Shown here in pieces: positions 28,214 through 38,082 of a DNA stretch of 64,000 nucleotides. Position numbers and translations under genes: made by a program. The stretch comes from Alphaproteobacteria bacterium (GTDB lineage: Bacteria; Pseudomonadota; Alphaproteobacteria; UBA2966; CAIVPW01). Each line of letters begins with the position of its first letter. Position 1 is the stretch's first letter. The stretch covers positions 51,934 to 115,933 of the forward strand of contig CANKGV010000003.1 in the NCBI GenBank assembly GCA_947481575.1. The letters run 5' to 3'. The notes beneath the pieces are model-generated. The model was not told where the DNA came from, ran no database searches, and saw only the letters and a list, made by a program, of their open reading frames with translations.

Positions 28214-28728
28214 AGCAGCGCGTGCTACTGGACGCCGCGACCATCGCCTCGCGTGTCGCGGAGCTTGCGGACGAAATCGCGGCCGCGATGCCGCGCGAAT
28301 TTGTTGTGGTGGGAGTCCTGCGTGCGAGTTTCGTGTTCGTTGCCGACCTCGTGCGCCAACTGGACCGGGCCGGCGCGGCGCCGCTCGTGGAATTCGTTCA
28401 CCTATCCAGCTACGGGGCGGGCCGTACCGGTGGCGCGGTTCAGCTTGTCGGCGCACCGCCACAGAATGTGGCCGGGCGGGATGTTGTACTGGTCGACACC
28501 GTGGTCGAGTCGGGACGGTCGCTGGTCGCGGCGCGCGAGATTCTGCGCGCGCAGAACTGTGGCCAAGTCCGCACCTGCGCCCTGATCGAAAAGCGCGGCG
28601 GCAACGCTATCGCGCCGCGTCCAGACTTCATTGGGTTCGCGGCCGCCGCAGATCAGTTCCTCGTCGGCTACGGCCTGGACGACGGGGGCCAACTGCGGCA
28701 TTTGCGCCACGTGGCGGTGGTGGAATAG
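28210..28728 (+). CDS. hpt: hypoxanthine phosphoribosyltransferase
   Basis: GTGA overlap with upstream stop; PRPP-binding VVLVDTVVESGRSL motif. Confidence 0.8.
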   Translation: MKQRVLLDAATIASRVAELADEIAAAMPREFVVVGVLRASFVFVADLVRQLDRAGAAPLVEFVHLSSYGAGRTGGAVQLVGAPPQNVAGRDVVLVDTVVESGRSLVAAREILRAQNCGQVRTCALIEKRGGNAIAPRPDFIGFAAAADQFLVGYGLDDGGQLRHLRHVAVVE

Positions 28729-29135
28729 TAGCGACGAAATCGCGCCCCATTCCCGGAGTTGTGCATTCTTACGAAGATTGGCCAAGACACCGATTGAATA
28801 CATGCCTCATTGTTGCGTCCCTCCAGATATTCATAGGAATACTCCCTGACGCTGCTGGCGATTGCTGAACAGATTCGCTGGGCGGGTCGCGGCAGGTGCC
28901 CTGCTGGGACGGCCAAAATGGCGCAAACTGTGTTCACAGAAGCGAGAGCGAATGGTCAATGTCGCTGACATTTGCCCGGTCATAGCCACAACCTGTTGTG
29001 TCATGGTCAGGGTGATACCCTACCAGTAGGGCCTTGCGAATCTCCGGGTGGGCCCCCTATTCTCCGAACTTGGGAGGCGCGAGAAAACAAAATCGCCATG
29101 GGCCTCTCGGTGTGCAAATCGATAGGAGAATCACA
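28729..29135. promoter_or_regulatory. AT-rich (~50% GC) intergenic regulatory region upstream of the DUF1344 gene pair; contains perfect palindrome CAATGTCGCTGACATTG at 28957-28973
   Basis: 407-bp non-coding stretch in an otherwise ~68% GC, gene-dense context; 7-3-7 inverted repeat. Confidence 0.4.
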
Positions 29136-29393
29136 ATGAAGAACGTTGTCGCCGCTGTGCTGGCGGTTGCTATGGTCATGTTCGCGGGCGCTGCTTTCGC
29201 CGGCGACATTAAGGGTGCGATTAAGTCGGTTTCGGGCCGCACTGTTACCCTCGATAACGGCCAGACCTACACGTTCGCGGCTGCGGCCGCGGGCGCTGCT
29301 GACATGATGGCCGGCTTGGCCGCTGGTCAGACCGTCACCCTGACGTTCACGACCGCGAACAACGTCAACACCGTTTCGAAGGTCGCGAAGTAA
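29136..29393 (+). CDS. DUF1344-like small secreted protein (85 aa)
   Basis: AGGAGA SD; signal peptide MKNVVAAVLAVAMVMFAGAAFA; GDIKGAIKSV...TVTLDNGQTYTF core. Confidence 0.55.
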   Translation: MKNVVAAVLAVAMVMFAGAAFAGDIKGAIKSVSGRTVTLDNGQTYTFAAAAAGAADMMAGLAAGQTVTLTFTTANNVNTVSKVAK

Positions 29394-29447
29394 TTTACCT
29401 CAACCGGTTTTCCCGGCGTTCGCGCCGGGACTAGTCGATTAGGGTTT

Positions 29448-29485
29448 TGGACGGGCGCGCTGCAAAGCGCGCCCGTTTGATTCTG
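29448..29485 (+). terminator. rho-independent terminator (ACGGGCGCGC-tgcaaa-GCGCGCCCGT + TTTGATTCT)
   Basis: Perfect 10-bp stem followed by T-rich tract, ~55 nt after the first DUF1344 gene; preceded by a CCCGGCG-TTCG-CGCCGGG tetraloop hairpin at 29411-29428. Confidence 0.55.
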
Positions 29486-29599
29486 GGCCTGCCTTGCCTC
29501 GCAATCATTCGTGTTCCATTGTTCCAGTGGGAGGCGCGGAACTGTTTGCCGGTACTTTGCCGGTCCCGCGGAGCTCTCGGTTCCACTGGAGGTACTAAG

Positions 29600-29872
29600 A
29601 TGAAGAAGATGCTTGGCGCCGTGCTTGCGGTTGCCGTTGTGGCTTCGGCGGCCGCCGCCGTGGCCGGGGACATCAATGGCACGGTTAAGGCGGTCGATGC
29701 TGCCAACCGCCTTGTGACCCTGCAGGACGGCACGGTCTACAAGTTCGGTAACGACATGGCGATGCCCAACATTCCGGTTGGCGCGGAAATCACCCTCACG
29801 TTCACCACCACACAGATTCCGCAGAACAACGTGAGCAAGGCTGTCGTGACGCCGAAGGCAGCCGCGAAGTAG
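29600..29872 (+). CDS. DUF1344-like small secreted protein, paralog (90 aa)
   Basis: GGAGGT SD; signal peptide MKKMLGAVLAVAVVASAAAAVA; GDINGTVKAVD...LVTLQDGTVYKF core parallel to the upstream paralog. Confidence 0.55.
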   Translation: MKKMLGAVLAVAVVASAAAAVAGDINGTVKAVDAANRLVTLQDGTVYKFGNDMAMPNIPVGAEITLTFTTTQIPQNNVSKAVVTPKAAAK

Positions 29873-29924
29873 TTTGTTGATTGTCTCCGCTCGGGTCCCA
29901 TCGGGGCAGGCGGATCCATCGAAT

Positions 29925-29970
29925 GGGCGCGCCTGTGGGGGGTGCGCCCGTTTGTTTTTCCGGGCCGTTG
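29925..29970 (+). terminator. rho-independent terminator (imperfect GC stem + TTTGTTTTT)
   Basis: ATGGGCGCGCC-tgtgggg-GGTGCGCCCGT with T-run 29959-29967, after the second DUF1344 gene. Confidence 0.5.
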
Positions 29971-30087
29971 GGGCAAGGGGCGTGATCACGGATGCGTGAG
30001 GCGGCCCGAACGGCCTGCCAGTTGCCGTCCCGGCGCTTTGTTTGGGCGGTGATCGTTTGACCATCGTCGTCGTATTCGGGGGCAGCC

Positions 30088-30642
30088 TTGAGCCGCGCTA
30101 TTCTTGTTCTGTATGCCCACCCGGATCCGCCGGCGTCGCGGGTCAACCAGGCGATGGCCGAAGCGGCTGGGGACGTGGCCGGGGTGACCGTCCGCGACCT
30201 CTATGCGCGCTACCCCGATTTCTTCATTGATGTGCCTGCGGAACAGGAACTCCTCACCGCCGCGGACATCATTGTGTTTCACCATCCGCTACAGTGGTAC
30301 GGCAGCCCGCCGCTCCTGAAGGAGTGGATCGACCGGGTACTGACGCGCGGTTGGGCCTATGGGCGCGGCGCCACGGTGCTGCGCGGCAAGTCGGTGCTGT
30401 CGGCGGTGTCGACCGGCGGGGAGCGCGAGGCCTATCAGCGCGACGGATTTCACGGCTACACGGTGGCTGAATTTCTGCGGCCGTTCGAGCGCACCGCAAC
30501 CCTGTGCGGGATGCGGTACCTTGATCCGTTCGTGTTTTACGGCGCCTACCAGACCAACGCGGCCCAGGTGCGCGACCACGCCGACGCGTACCGCCGCCAC
30601 CTGACGCAACTGCGCGACGACGCGCCGCCGGAGGTCGCGTAG
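30088..30642 (+). CDS. kefG: glutathione-regulated K+-efflux system ancillary oxidoreductase (KefG/KefF, flavodoxin-like NAD(P)H quinone reductase)
   Basis: ILVLYAHPDP...SRVN and HHPLQWYGSP motifs; immediately upstream of kefC-like gene. Confidence 0.75.
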   Translation: MSRAILVLYAHPDPPASRVNQAMAEAAGDVAGVTVRDLYARYPDFFIDVPAEQELLTAADIIVFHHPLQWYGSPPLLKEWIDRVLTRGWAYGRGATVLRGKSVLSAVSTGGEREAYQRDGFHGYTVAEFLRPFERTATLCGMRYLDPFVFYGAYQTNAAQVRDHADAYRRHLTQLRDDAPPEVA

Positions 30643-32552
30643 TGGCAGGTCACAACTTCCTTCTCAGTGCGTTCTTCTTTTTAGCCGCCGCGGTTGCGGT
30701 CGTGCCGTTTGCGCGGCGCGGCGGGCTCGGCTCCGTGCTGGGCTATCTGCTGGCCGGCGTGCTGATCGGGCCATTCGGACTACGCTTGGTTACCGAGCCT
30801 GCCGAGATTCTTGAGTTCGCGGAATTCGGCGTCGTGATGATGCTGTTCTTGGTCGGCTTGGAACTGGAGCCGGCCAAGTTGTGGCGCTTGCGCATGCCAA
30901 TTCTCGGAACCGGCGGGGCCCAGGTGTTGGCGACCACGCTGGCGGTGGCGGCCATCGCCATGGTGTTCGGTGAGCCGTGGCGCGCCGGCCTTGCGATGGG
31001 CATGGGCCTGGCGATGTCGTCCACGGCGATTGCGCTGCAACTCCTCAACGAGCGCAACGTCATGGGCACCACCGCCGGGCGCTCGGCGTTCTCGGTGCTT
31101 CTGTTCCAAGACATCTCGGTGATTCCGATCTTGGCGATTCTGCCGTTGCTGGCGCTCCCGGGCGCGGGCACGGCGGCGGCGGTCGATGACGGCAGCGGCA
31201 AGCCGGCGTGGCTGTCGGCGCTCATCGTGTTCGGGGTGGTGGCGGGGATCGTTGGCGCCGGCCGGTTCTTGATGCGGCCGCTGTTCCGGTTCATCGCCGG
31301 CTCCGGCATCCGCGAGATCTTTACCGCCACCGCGCTCCTGCTGGTTATCGGCACGGCGCTGCTGATGCAGCAGATCGGCCTGTCGCCCGCGTTGGGCACG
31401 TTCCTCGCGGGCGTCGTACTGGCGGACTCCGAATATAAGCTCGCCCTCGAATCCGACATCGAGCCGTTCAAAGCGTTGCTGCTCGGCTTGTTCTTCCTGT
31501 CGGTCGGGATGTCGGTGAATTTCGGCGTGCTGGCCGACCATCCGTTCTCGATCGTTGGCATGACGCTCGGCCTGATCGTGCTGAAGCTCGCCATCCTCAC
31601 GGTGCTGGCGCGCTTGTCCGGCATGCGTCTGGAGGAGAACCTGCTGTTCGGCTTCACCTTGGCCCAAGGCGGCGAGTTCGCGTTTGTGCTGTACCAGTTT
31701 GCGGTCGGGCAGGGTGCGCTCTCCGCCGCGCAGGCGGAGCCGCTGGTCGTGGTAGTGGCGCTAAGTATGGCGGCGACACCGCTGATGATGATTCTGCTGG
31801 AGCGGGTGGTGCAACCGCGGTTGCGCACTGCCGCCCCGGTCCGGGCGCCGGATACCGTTACATCCGACGGTCACCCGGTGATCATCATCGGCTACGGCCG
31901 CTTCGGGCAGATTGTCGGCCGGTTCCTCGCGGCCAACGGTGTGCGCACGGTCATCCTCGACAACGACCCCGAACACGTCGAGGTGTTGCGCAAGTTCGGT
32001 GCGCCGGTGTTTTACGGCGACGCCACGCGTCTCGATCTGCTCGAGGCTGCCGGCGGCGATCAGGCGCAGATGTTCATCGTCGCGATCGACGACCTCGACA
32101 AGTCGGTGGCCACCGTGGAAGCGATCGTCGGCCGGTTTCCCAAGGCCAAGGTCCTGGCGCGCGCCCGCAACCGCGAGCACGTGTACCGTCTGACCGAGGC
32201 GGGCGCGCACATCACCCGGCGCGAGACATTCGATTCCGCGCTCATTGTCGGACGCCAGGCGCTTGAGTTGCTTGGCGAACACCCCTATGCGGCACGGCGC
32301 CGGGCGCGCCTATTTGCCCGCCACGACGAGCAGGTCCTTAAGGAAGGCTACGCGATTCGCGACAATTTCGATTCGCTCGTTACGCTTTCGCGCCAGGCGC
32401 GCACGCAGCTCGAGGACCTGTTCCGTCAGGACCGCGCACCGGCGGAGCGCACGGACCGCGACGGTGGGTTCGGCGATCACGATCAGGTTGGAGAGGGTTC
32501 ACCCGCGCCGCCGGCCGACCAACCCATCCAACCCGGGCGAGGGGGCCCATAA
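30642..32552 (+). CDS. kefC: glutathione-regulated potassium-efflux system protein (KefB/KefC, CPA2 antiporter + TrkA-N)
   Basis: GTG start overlapping kefG stop; 12-13 TM segments; C-terminal Rossmann IIIGYGRFGQIVGRFL (KTN domain). Confidence 0.85.
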   Translation: MAGHNFLLSAFFFLAAAVAVVPFARRGGLGSVLGYLLAGVLIGPFGLRLVTEPAEILEFAEFGVVMMLFLVGLELEPAKLWRLRMPILGTGGAQVLATTLAVAAIAMVFGEPWRAGLAMGMGLAMSSTAIALQLLNERNVMGTTAGRSAFSVLLFQDISVIPILAILPLLALPGAGTAAAVDDGSGKPAWLSALIVFGVVAGIVGAGRFLMRPLFRFIAGSGIREIFTATALLLVIGTALLMQQIGLSPALGTFLAGVVLADSEYKLALESDIEPFKALLLGLFFLSVGMSVNFGVLADHPFSIVGMTLGLIVLKLAILTVLARLSGMRLEENLLFGFTLAQGGEFAFVLYQFAVGQGALSAAQAEPLVVVVALSMAATPLMMILLERVVQPRLRTAAPVRAPDTVTSDGHPVIIIGYGRFGQIVGRFLAANGVRTVILDNDPEHVEVLRKFGAPVFYGDATRLDLLEAAGGDQAQMFIVAIDDLDKSVATVEAIVGRFPKAKVLARARNREHVYRLTEAGAHITRRETFDSALIVGRQALELLGEHPYAARRRARLFARHDEQVLKEGYAIRDNFDSLVTLSRQARTQLEDLFRQDRAPAERTDRDGGFGDHDQVGEGSPAPPADQPIQPGRGGP

Positions 32553-32652
32553 ACCGCGGGTGGATGGCCAGCGCGTCTCTGTGACCTGCGGTAGCGATGC
32601 GGAGACGTGTGGTCCCTGAGGCGAAGGGCCAAGATCAAGCGTGTGCCTCGGC

Positions 32653-33816
32653 CTAGTTCGTCCTGCTGACGCAGTGCGCCCCGGTCTGAGAGGGAAATCG
32701 TGATGCCAGTACTGGGCACAACGCCGCCGCGACGAAGGCCGCAACGGCGGTGGCGCCGTCGTTGTTGAAATGCATCGAGTCGTAGAAATAGAGCGTCGTC
32801 TTTGGCATCAGTCGCGCAAGATCGATGACCGACACATTCAGGGTTGCTGCGACATCGCGGGTGACGTCGTTGTAGGAGTCTAACAGGCGCCACTGCGTGT
32901 GACCGTCGAGGACGGAACCCCAAAGGTCCAGCCGCACTCGCGACAGGTCGACGCCGGTCCGAGGATCGACAGCGTCGCCCAACAGAAATGGTTGGGTGAT
33001 CAACACCGGCAGGATTCCGGCTGCGACACTTTCCCGCACCAGATTCTCCAGTCGTGCTCGATAGCCGTCGCGAAACGCGGCGTGTGCGGCGATGAGGGTG
33101 GTGGCGGTCGCGTCCGGCGTTTCCGTGGTAGCGGGCGCGAAACTGCCCGGGTCTCGCGGCACATGGAATTCGCCCTGTGCCAGGCCCCATCGCACGGTAT
33201 GCCAGTACCGGTAGAGATTGAGGCCCAGCGCGCCGATCTCAGTGTGTTGCGCAAGAGCGAGAAGGAACCCTCTCGGGCTGCTCCACGCGGATGCAGGATT
33301 AAGCCGGTCGTCATCGCCCTTCTGGTTGCTGAGTCCCACGTCGTTGGCGCCGACCAGGAACAGGACCACGTTGGGCTGCATTGGCGCGACGGCTTGGTGG
33401 AGAAGCACCGTGTGGCCGAACGAGGAATGTCCGTCGAGGCCGGCGTTCTCGACCCATAGCCGCGGGAAGTTTGGCACGAGGTTTCCAGCCAGCAGTGCTG
33501 GCCAATCCTTGCCGTCGGAAAGGTAGAAGCACTCGGTGGTACTGCCGCCGATCGCAACCACAGTGAGATGGTTCGCCCAATCGGGCGGCGGCATCGGCCC
33601 GCGAAACCCTATTGCGTTCTTGGTATGGACTATTTCGGAGTCGAGGCCATTTCCGGTGGCTCCGTTGAACGCATACCGCATGGTTGCGGGCAATACGATG
33701 CTGTTGCCGCGCAGCCGGAAACCAAAGGGATGGTAAACGTGTAAAAAGCCCTCGATGGCGAGAAGAGCCAGGAGGGTCGCGGCCAAGAGGACCAGAATGT
33801 TAGAAGTTGGGCGCAA
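32653..33816 (-). CDS. membrane-anchored SGNH/GDSL-family hydrolase (putative glycan O-acyl esterase/transferase)
   Basis: N-terminal TM anchor ILVLLAATLLALLAI; block I VVAIGGSTTE and block V DSMHFNNDG motifs. Confidence 0.5.
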   Translation of the reverse strand: MRPTSNILVLLAATLLALLAIEGFLHVYHPFGFRLRGNSIVLPATMRYAFNGATGNGLDSEIVHTKNAIGFRGPMPPPDWANHLTVVAIGGSTTECFYLSDGKDWPALLAGNLVPNFPRLWVENAGLDGHSSFGHTVLLHQAVAPMQPNVVLFLVGANDVGLSNQKGDDDRLNPASAWSSPRGFLLALAQHTEIGALGLNLYRYWHTVRWGLAQGEFHVPRDPGSFAPATTETPDATATTLIAAHAAFRDGYRARLENLVRESVAAGILPVLITQPFLLGDAVDPRTGVDLSRVRLDLWGSVLDGHTQWRLLDSYNDVTRDVAATLNVSVIDLARLMPKTTLYFYDSMHFNNDGATAVAAFVAAALCPVLASRFPSQTGAHCVSRTN

Positions 33817-33825
33817 AGAGCAGCC

Positions 33826-35100
33826 TCATGCCTTAGCGTCCGGAGTTCGAAGTGCCGCCTTGACCGTTCGAGGTACAACGGCGGGTAGATGGGAAATGGC
33901 AGATTTCCATGCGCGCGACGCGCCCATGGCCGCTAGGAAGATCAGCGCCGGGTAAGTGGGAGCGCGGTACCGCCAGTCAAAGTCGAGCAGCGTGAGCGCG
34001 TGGTAAAGGGCGGTGGCGACGATCCACGCGATACTCGCGAACCCCGCCGCAGCGGCGAACCGGCTGTTGCCGCGCAAGGTCGTGGCGGCGCCTACGACAG
34101 CGAGCAAATACAACGGTACGTGGGCGGCGACGTTCATCAGGCGATGCGCGGGACTGTAACCGTCGGCGAGGAACCAGAAGAAGTAACCGGCGCGGGCCAA
34201 GACGACGCGCGTATAGCCCGCGATCGAGGCGTTAGGTCGCAGGTAGGTCTCCGGACGTTGGAACACGACGGCGCCACTCCCAACCTCCGCGCCATAGGCT
34301 GTGGCTACGTCGCGTAGTGCGCCCGGGGGAAGCATCTGCGGATTCCACAACAAGGCGATGCCAGCGGCGAGGCCCACGGCCACTAGGACCATGCCAAGCG
34401 CACAAATCCAAGTGTATCGGAGTCGGGCAGCCCCTTCGGTGGGCGCGTTGTATGCCCAGGCGCCGACTGCCACGGCGGCCACTGCCAGCGCTACGGGCGG
34501 CCATGCTGGCCGGCACAGTGCGGCGGCCGCTAACATGACCGCCGTCCCGCTCCACGCGGCGGTGCGCGTCGGTGTTGGACCCTCACGGCAGCCCCAAAGG
34601 GCCAGCAATACAGCGGCCGTACTGAGCAGGATGAAGAGCGGGTCCGATTGGGTCATGGCGACCCACTGATAGAAATCGAACAGCGACATTAGGAAAGCAA
34701 CGGCCACCCAAAGCGCGAGTGTGCCAGCTTGAGCCTGCCCAAGCATGAGCAACACCAATGCCCCGGTTGCGGCGTAGGCGACCGCGTTCAGAACTACCAA
34801 CGCCTGGGGCCAATGTGGCCCAAACCCTGCCTCGGCCGCGGCGAAGACGTAGATATAGGTGAGGTAGAACTGAACGAGGACGGTATGCGAGGTGCCCGGC
34901 ATTCCGCCGAGCCCATCCGCCGTGTTGCGTGCATCCAACAGGTAGCGCAGTGGACTGTAGTGAAGCGTTGCCAAGGCCTGCGCCATGCTTCGATAGGCCA
35001 ATGAATCTGGAGTGACGATCGGGCCGAACCAGAACCCAAACGCCAGATAGGCCACGCCGAGGCCAAGCCCCACCCCTAAGGCTATCGCGGTCGTCTTCAT
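33826..35100 (-). CDS. polytopic GT-C-like membrane protein (ArnT/PMT_2-like glycosyltransferase or polymerase)
   Basis: ATG 35100 (MKTTAIALGVG); >10 predicted TM helices, no soluble domain. Confidence 0.5.
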   Translation of the reverse strand: MKTTAIALGVGLGLGVAYLAFGFWFGPIVTPDSLAYRSMAQALATLHYSPLRYLLDARNTADGLGGMPGTSHTVLVQFYLTYIYVFAAAEAGFGPHWPQALVVLNAVAYAATGALVLLMLGQAQAGTLALWVAVAFLMSLFDFYQWVAMTQSDPLFILLSTAAVLLALWGCREGPTPTRTAAWSGTAVMLAAAALCRPAWPPVALAVAAVAVGAWAYNAPTEGAARLRYTWICALGMVLVAVGLAAGIALLWNPQMLPPGALRDVATAYGAEVGSGAVVFQRPETYLRPNASIAGYTRVVLARAGYFFWFLADGYSPAHRLMNVAAHVPLYLLAVVGAATTLRGNSRFAAAAGFASIAWIVATALYHALTLLDFDWRYRAPTYPALIFLAAMGASRAWKSAISHLPAVVPRTVKAALRTPDAKA

Positions 35101-35119
35101 AGGCCCTAGTCGCATTTCG

Positions 35120-37018
35120 CTAATGTTGAAGGTGCGGAGCGGCATCGGCGGTCACGGCTCTAGGACCCACCATCCACCGGTCCAGGCTCAGCCAAGCGAA
35201 CAGGACGCCGCGATGGTCGGCTCGCCCCTCGCGGTGCTCTGACCACAGGCGCGCTAGGTGGCCTGCGTCCAGTCCCGCTTCTTCGGCGCGCCCCAAATCG
35301 GGGATGGGCCACTGGCGCAGCCACGCCGCAATCGGGATGCCGAAGCCCTTCTTCGGCCGGCGCAAGACGTCCGGTGGGAGCAACCCCTCGACCGCCCGCC
35401 GGAAGATCCACTTGCGCTCGCCATGCCGGTGCTTGGCGCGATACGGCAGGCGCATACAGAACTCGGCAACAGCGGTATCCAACAACGGGCACCGCACTTC
35501 GAGGGATGTCAGCATGCTGGCCCGATCGACCTTCGCAAGGATGTCGCCGGTCAAGTAGAACCGCGCGTAAAACTCCAACAAGCGGTCGCGCGGGTCGTCG
35601 CTCGCGCAACTGTTCCACAGTGCGATCACGTCGTCGTATACGGCGTCGGCGGCGACCGGAGATCGGCAGATCGCCGACACTTGGTCCAGGTCGGCGGGCG
35701 CCATCCACTGGGCCGCCCACACGGGTGGCGGGTAGGAGACGCCGCGGAGTGCGCGCCGCAGCTTGAAGTCCAAGCTGAGGTTCGAGTCACGCCGGGGCAG
35801 CCACTCGACGGCTCGCCGAAGCGCCCGGTGCAGGGCACGGGGAACCGCAGCGTAATAGAGGCGCGCCGGGGTCATCGCGGTGAAGGTGTCGTATCCGGCA
35901 AACATCTCGTCACCGCCATCGCCGGAAAGCGCCACCGTGACCTGGGTGCGGGCGAATCGCGACAGCAGGTGGGTCGGCAATAGCGACGGGTCGGACACCG
36001 GTTCGTCGATCGATTCGAGCAACGTGCCCAACAGTCCGCGGGAAGCATCCAGACTCAGGCGTTGATGGTGATGCCGTACGCCGAGCGCCGCGGCGGTCGC
36101 CCGCGCCGCATCCACTTCGTCATAACTTGGATCCTCGAACCCGACCGTGAACGCCTGGGCGGTGCCGGCGCCGCGAAGCTGGCAGGCCAGGGCCAACACT
36201 GCCGCCGAATCGATACCGCCGCTCAGGAAGAATCCCAGTGGAACGTCCGCTTCCAGGCGGCGCTCGACCCCGGCGCGCAAAAGGCGCTGCAGCTCCTCGA
36301 TCCAGTCCGCAGCGCTGCCGGAAAGCGGCTGCGCGGCGATGCGGTAGCGCCAATACGGGCGCACTTCCAGACTGCCGGTGGCCACGTCGTACAAGGCGAG
36401 GTCGCCGGCCTCGAGCTTGCTGGCGCCGGCGATCAGCGTACGGGGCGCCGGCACATACCCGAGGGCGAAGAACCGGACCAACGCGTCGCGGTCGAGGTGG
36501 CCGGCCACAGACGGGTGGCGCCGCAGCGCCGTCAGCTCAGACGCGAAAACGATGCCGCGCGCATGGACCGCGTAGTAGAGCGGCTTCTTACCGAATCGGT
36601 CGCGCGCAAACAGGATGCGGTGCCTGTGGCGGTCGTACAGCGCGAACGCGAACATGCCGTCCAAGCGCGGCACCATGCCCTCACCCCACTGGGCGTAGGC
36701 GTGGAGCAGCACCTCGGTGTCGGAGTGGTCGGACCGAAATACAGCGCCCTGCGCGGCAAGCTCGGTCCGCAAGGCTCGGTGGTTGTAGATTTCGCCGTTG
36801 AACACGACGACGAAACGGCCCGCCGAATCCGCCATCGGTTGCGCGCCGCCGACGCTATCCAGAATCGTCAGGCGGCGGAACCCGAGTCCGACCGGCCGGG
36901 CGGACTCAGGCTCAAACCACGCACCCTCGGCGTCGGGTCCGCGATGGACCAGTGCCGCGCACATCGCGGCAAGATCCCCGCGGGTGCCGGGGCCGGCGAA
37001 ACCCGCAATGCCGCACAT
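35120..37018 (-). CDS. asnB: asparagine synthetase (glutamine-hydrolysing) family amidotransferase
   Basis: N-terminal Ntn MCGIAG; synthetase SGGIDSAAV PP-loop. Confidence 0.85.
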   Translation of the reverse strand: MCGIAGFAGPGTRGDLAAMCAALVHRGPDAEGAWFEPESARPVGLGFRRLTILDSVGGAQPMADSAGRFVVVFNGEIYNHRALRTELAAQGAVFRSDHSDTEVLLHAYAQWGEGMVPRLDGMFAFALYDRHRHRILFARDRFGKKPLYYAVHARGIVFASELTALRRHPSVAGHLDRDALVRFFALGYVPAPRTLIAGASKLEAGDLALYDVATGSLEVRPYWRYRIAAQPLSGSAADWIEELQRLLRAGVERRLEADVPLGFFLSGGIDSAAVLALACQLRGAGTAQAFTVGFEDPSYDEVDAARATAAALGVRHHHQRLSLDASRGLLGTLLESIDEPVSDPSLLPTHLLSRFARTQVTVALSGDGGDEMFAGYDTFTAMTPARLYYAAVPRALHRALRRAVEWLPRRDSNLSLDFKLRRALRGVSYPPPVWAAQWMAPADLDQVSAICRSPVAADAVYDDVIALWNSCASDDPRDRLLEFYARFYLTGDILAKVDRASMLTSLEVRCPLLDTAVAEFCMRLPYRAKHRHGERKWIFRRAVEGLLPPDVLRRPKKGFGIPIAAWLRQWPIPDLGRAEEAGLDAGHLARLWSEHREGRADHRGVLFAWLSLDRWMVGPRAVTADAAPHLQH

Positions 37019-38082
37019 CAGTCGTCGGTCGCAGCGTTTCGGATTTCGCGCACCGAATAGGGCCTCTTGTCCTGACTCTCGTGGTAGGTCCGCATCAGCA
37101 TTTCGGCCAGGAGTCCGGACAGAATGCAGACGATGCCGAGCACCATCAGCATTACGACCAGCAATGGCAGCGGCGTGGTGATGAACGGGACGCCGCTAAA
37201 CAGCTTGAGCCAGATTGCCCACAACCCCGCGGCAAGGCCGCCGGCAATGGACGCAAGCCCGAGGCCGCCAAACAGATGCATGGGGCGGTTTGCTGCGCGT
37301 TCCAAGAACAGCACCAGCATCAGGTCGACGATTACGGCGCTCGTCCGGCTGAAGCCGTACTTGGACTTGCCGGTGGTGCGGGGGCGATGGTTGACCGCCA
37401 ATTGCGCGACGCGGGCGCCTTGCCAACTCGCGAAGATGGGGATGAAGCGATGCATCTCGCCGTACAGGCGGATACCTTCGAGCGCCGAGCGGCGGTACAC
37501 CTTTAGTGTGCAGCCGTAGTCGTTGAGCCGCACGCCGGTGAAGGCGGAGATGATCCGGTTGGCAATCTGGCTGACCAACACACGCGACGCGCCATCGCGG
37601 CGCGTGCGGCGCCATCCGGAAACGACGTCGTATCCTTCGTTCAGCTTGGCGAGCAACGCCTGGATATCGGCCGGGTCATTTTGGCCATCGCCGTCCAGCG
37701 TGATGATCAGGTCGCCGAGGGAAAGGTCGAAGCCGGCCATCAGAGCGGCGGTCTGACCGTAGTTGCGGGCAAACCGAACGGGCCGCACGCGGCGATCTAT
37801 GGCGGCGATCGCTGTGAGCTGGTCCCACGTGGCGTCGGTACTGCCGTCGTCAATGAGCAGGATTTCATAGCGGTAGGGCAGGCCGGCCAGCGTCGCCGTC
37901 AGTTCACGAACCAGCGGCGTCACCGATTCAGCTTCGTTGAAGACCGGCACTACGATCGAAAGGTCGGGCGGTGCTGCTACTGTGGTTGGGCGTTCGGGCA
38001 CGCCGGGCTCGCCTACTGCGTGCATCTGTTTGTGCGCCAACCGTCGCATTCCACGCTCACCGAACCTATCCCGGTATCCCAC
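37018..38082 (-). CDS. family-2 glycosyltransferase, polyprenyl-phosphate sugar synthase type (DPM1/ArnC/GtrB-like) with C-terminal TM helices
   Basis: LSIVVPVFNE...LLIDDGSTD...ITLDGDGQND motifs plus two C-terminal TM helices; stop overlaps asnB ATG (TGATG). Confidence 0.8.
   Translation of the reverse strand: MGYRDRFGERGMRRLAHKQMHAVGEPGVPERPTTVAAPPDLSIVVPVFNEAESVTPLVRELTATLAGLPYRYEILLIDDGSTDATWDQLTAIAAIDRRVRPVRFARNYGQTAALMAGFDLSLGDLIITLDGDGQNDPADIQALLAKLNEGYDVVSGWRRTRRDGASRVLVSQIANRIISAFTGVRLNDYGCTLKVYRRSALEGIRLYGEMHRFIPIFASWQGARVAQLAVNHRPRTTGKSKYGFSRTSAVIVDLMLVLFLERAANRPMHLFGGLGLASIAGGLAAGLWAIWLKLFSGVPFITTPLPLLVVMLMVLGIVCILSGLLAEMLMRTYHESQDKRPYSVREIRNAATDD

Noticed and set aside
28631-28937. 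72-aa and 89-aa ORFs inside the AT-rich intergenic region
   Set aside because: No SD, Cys/Trp/Arg-rich improbable composition, overlap each other on opposite strands; region treated as regulatory/non-coding
32553-32652. Candidate attachment-site repeat of tRNA-Pro 3' end at the far edge of the glycoconjugate locus
   Set aside because: No match to the tRNA 3' 20-mer was found by eye; island hypothesis kept only as a low-interest finding
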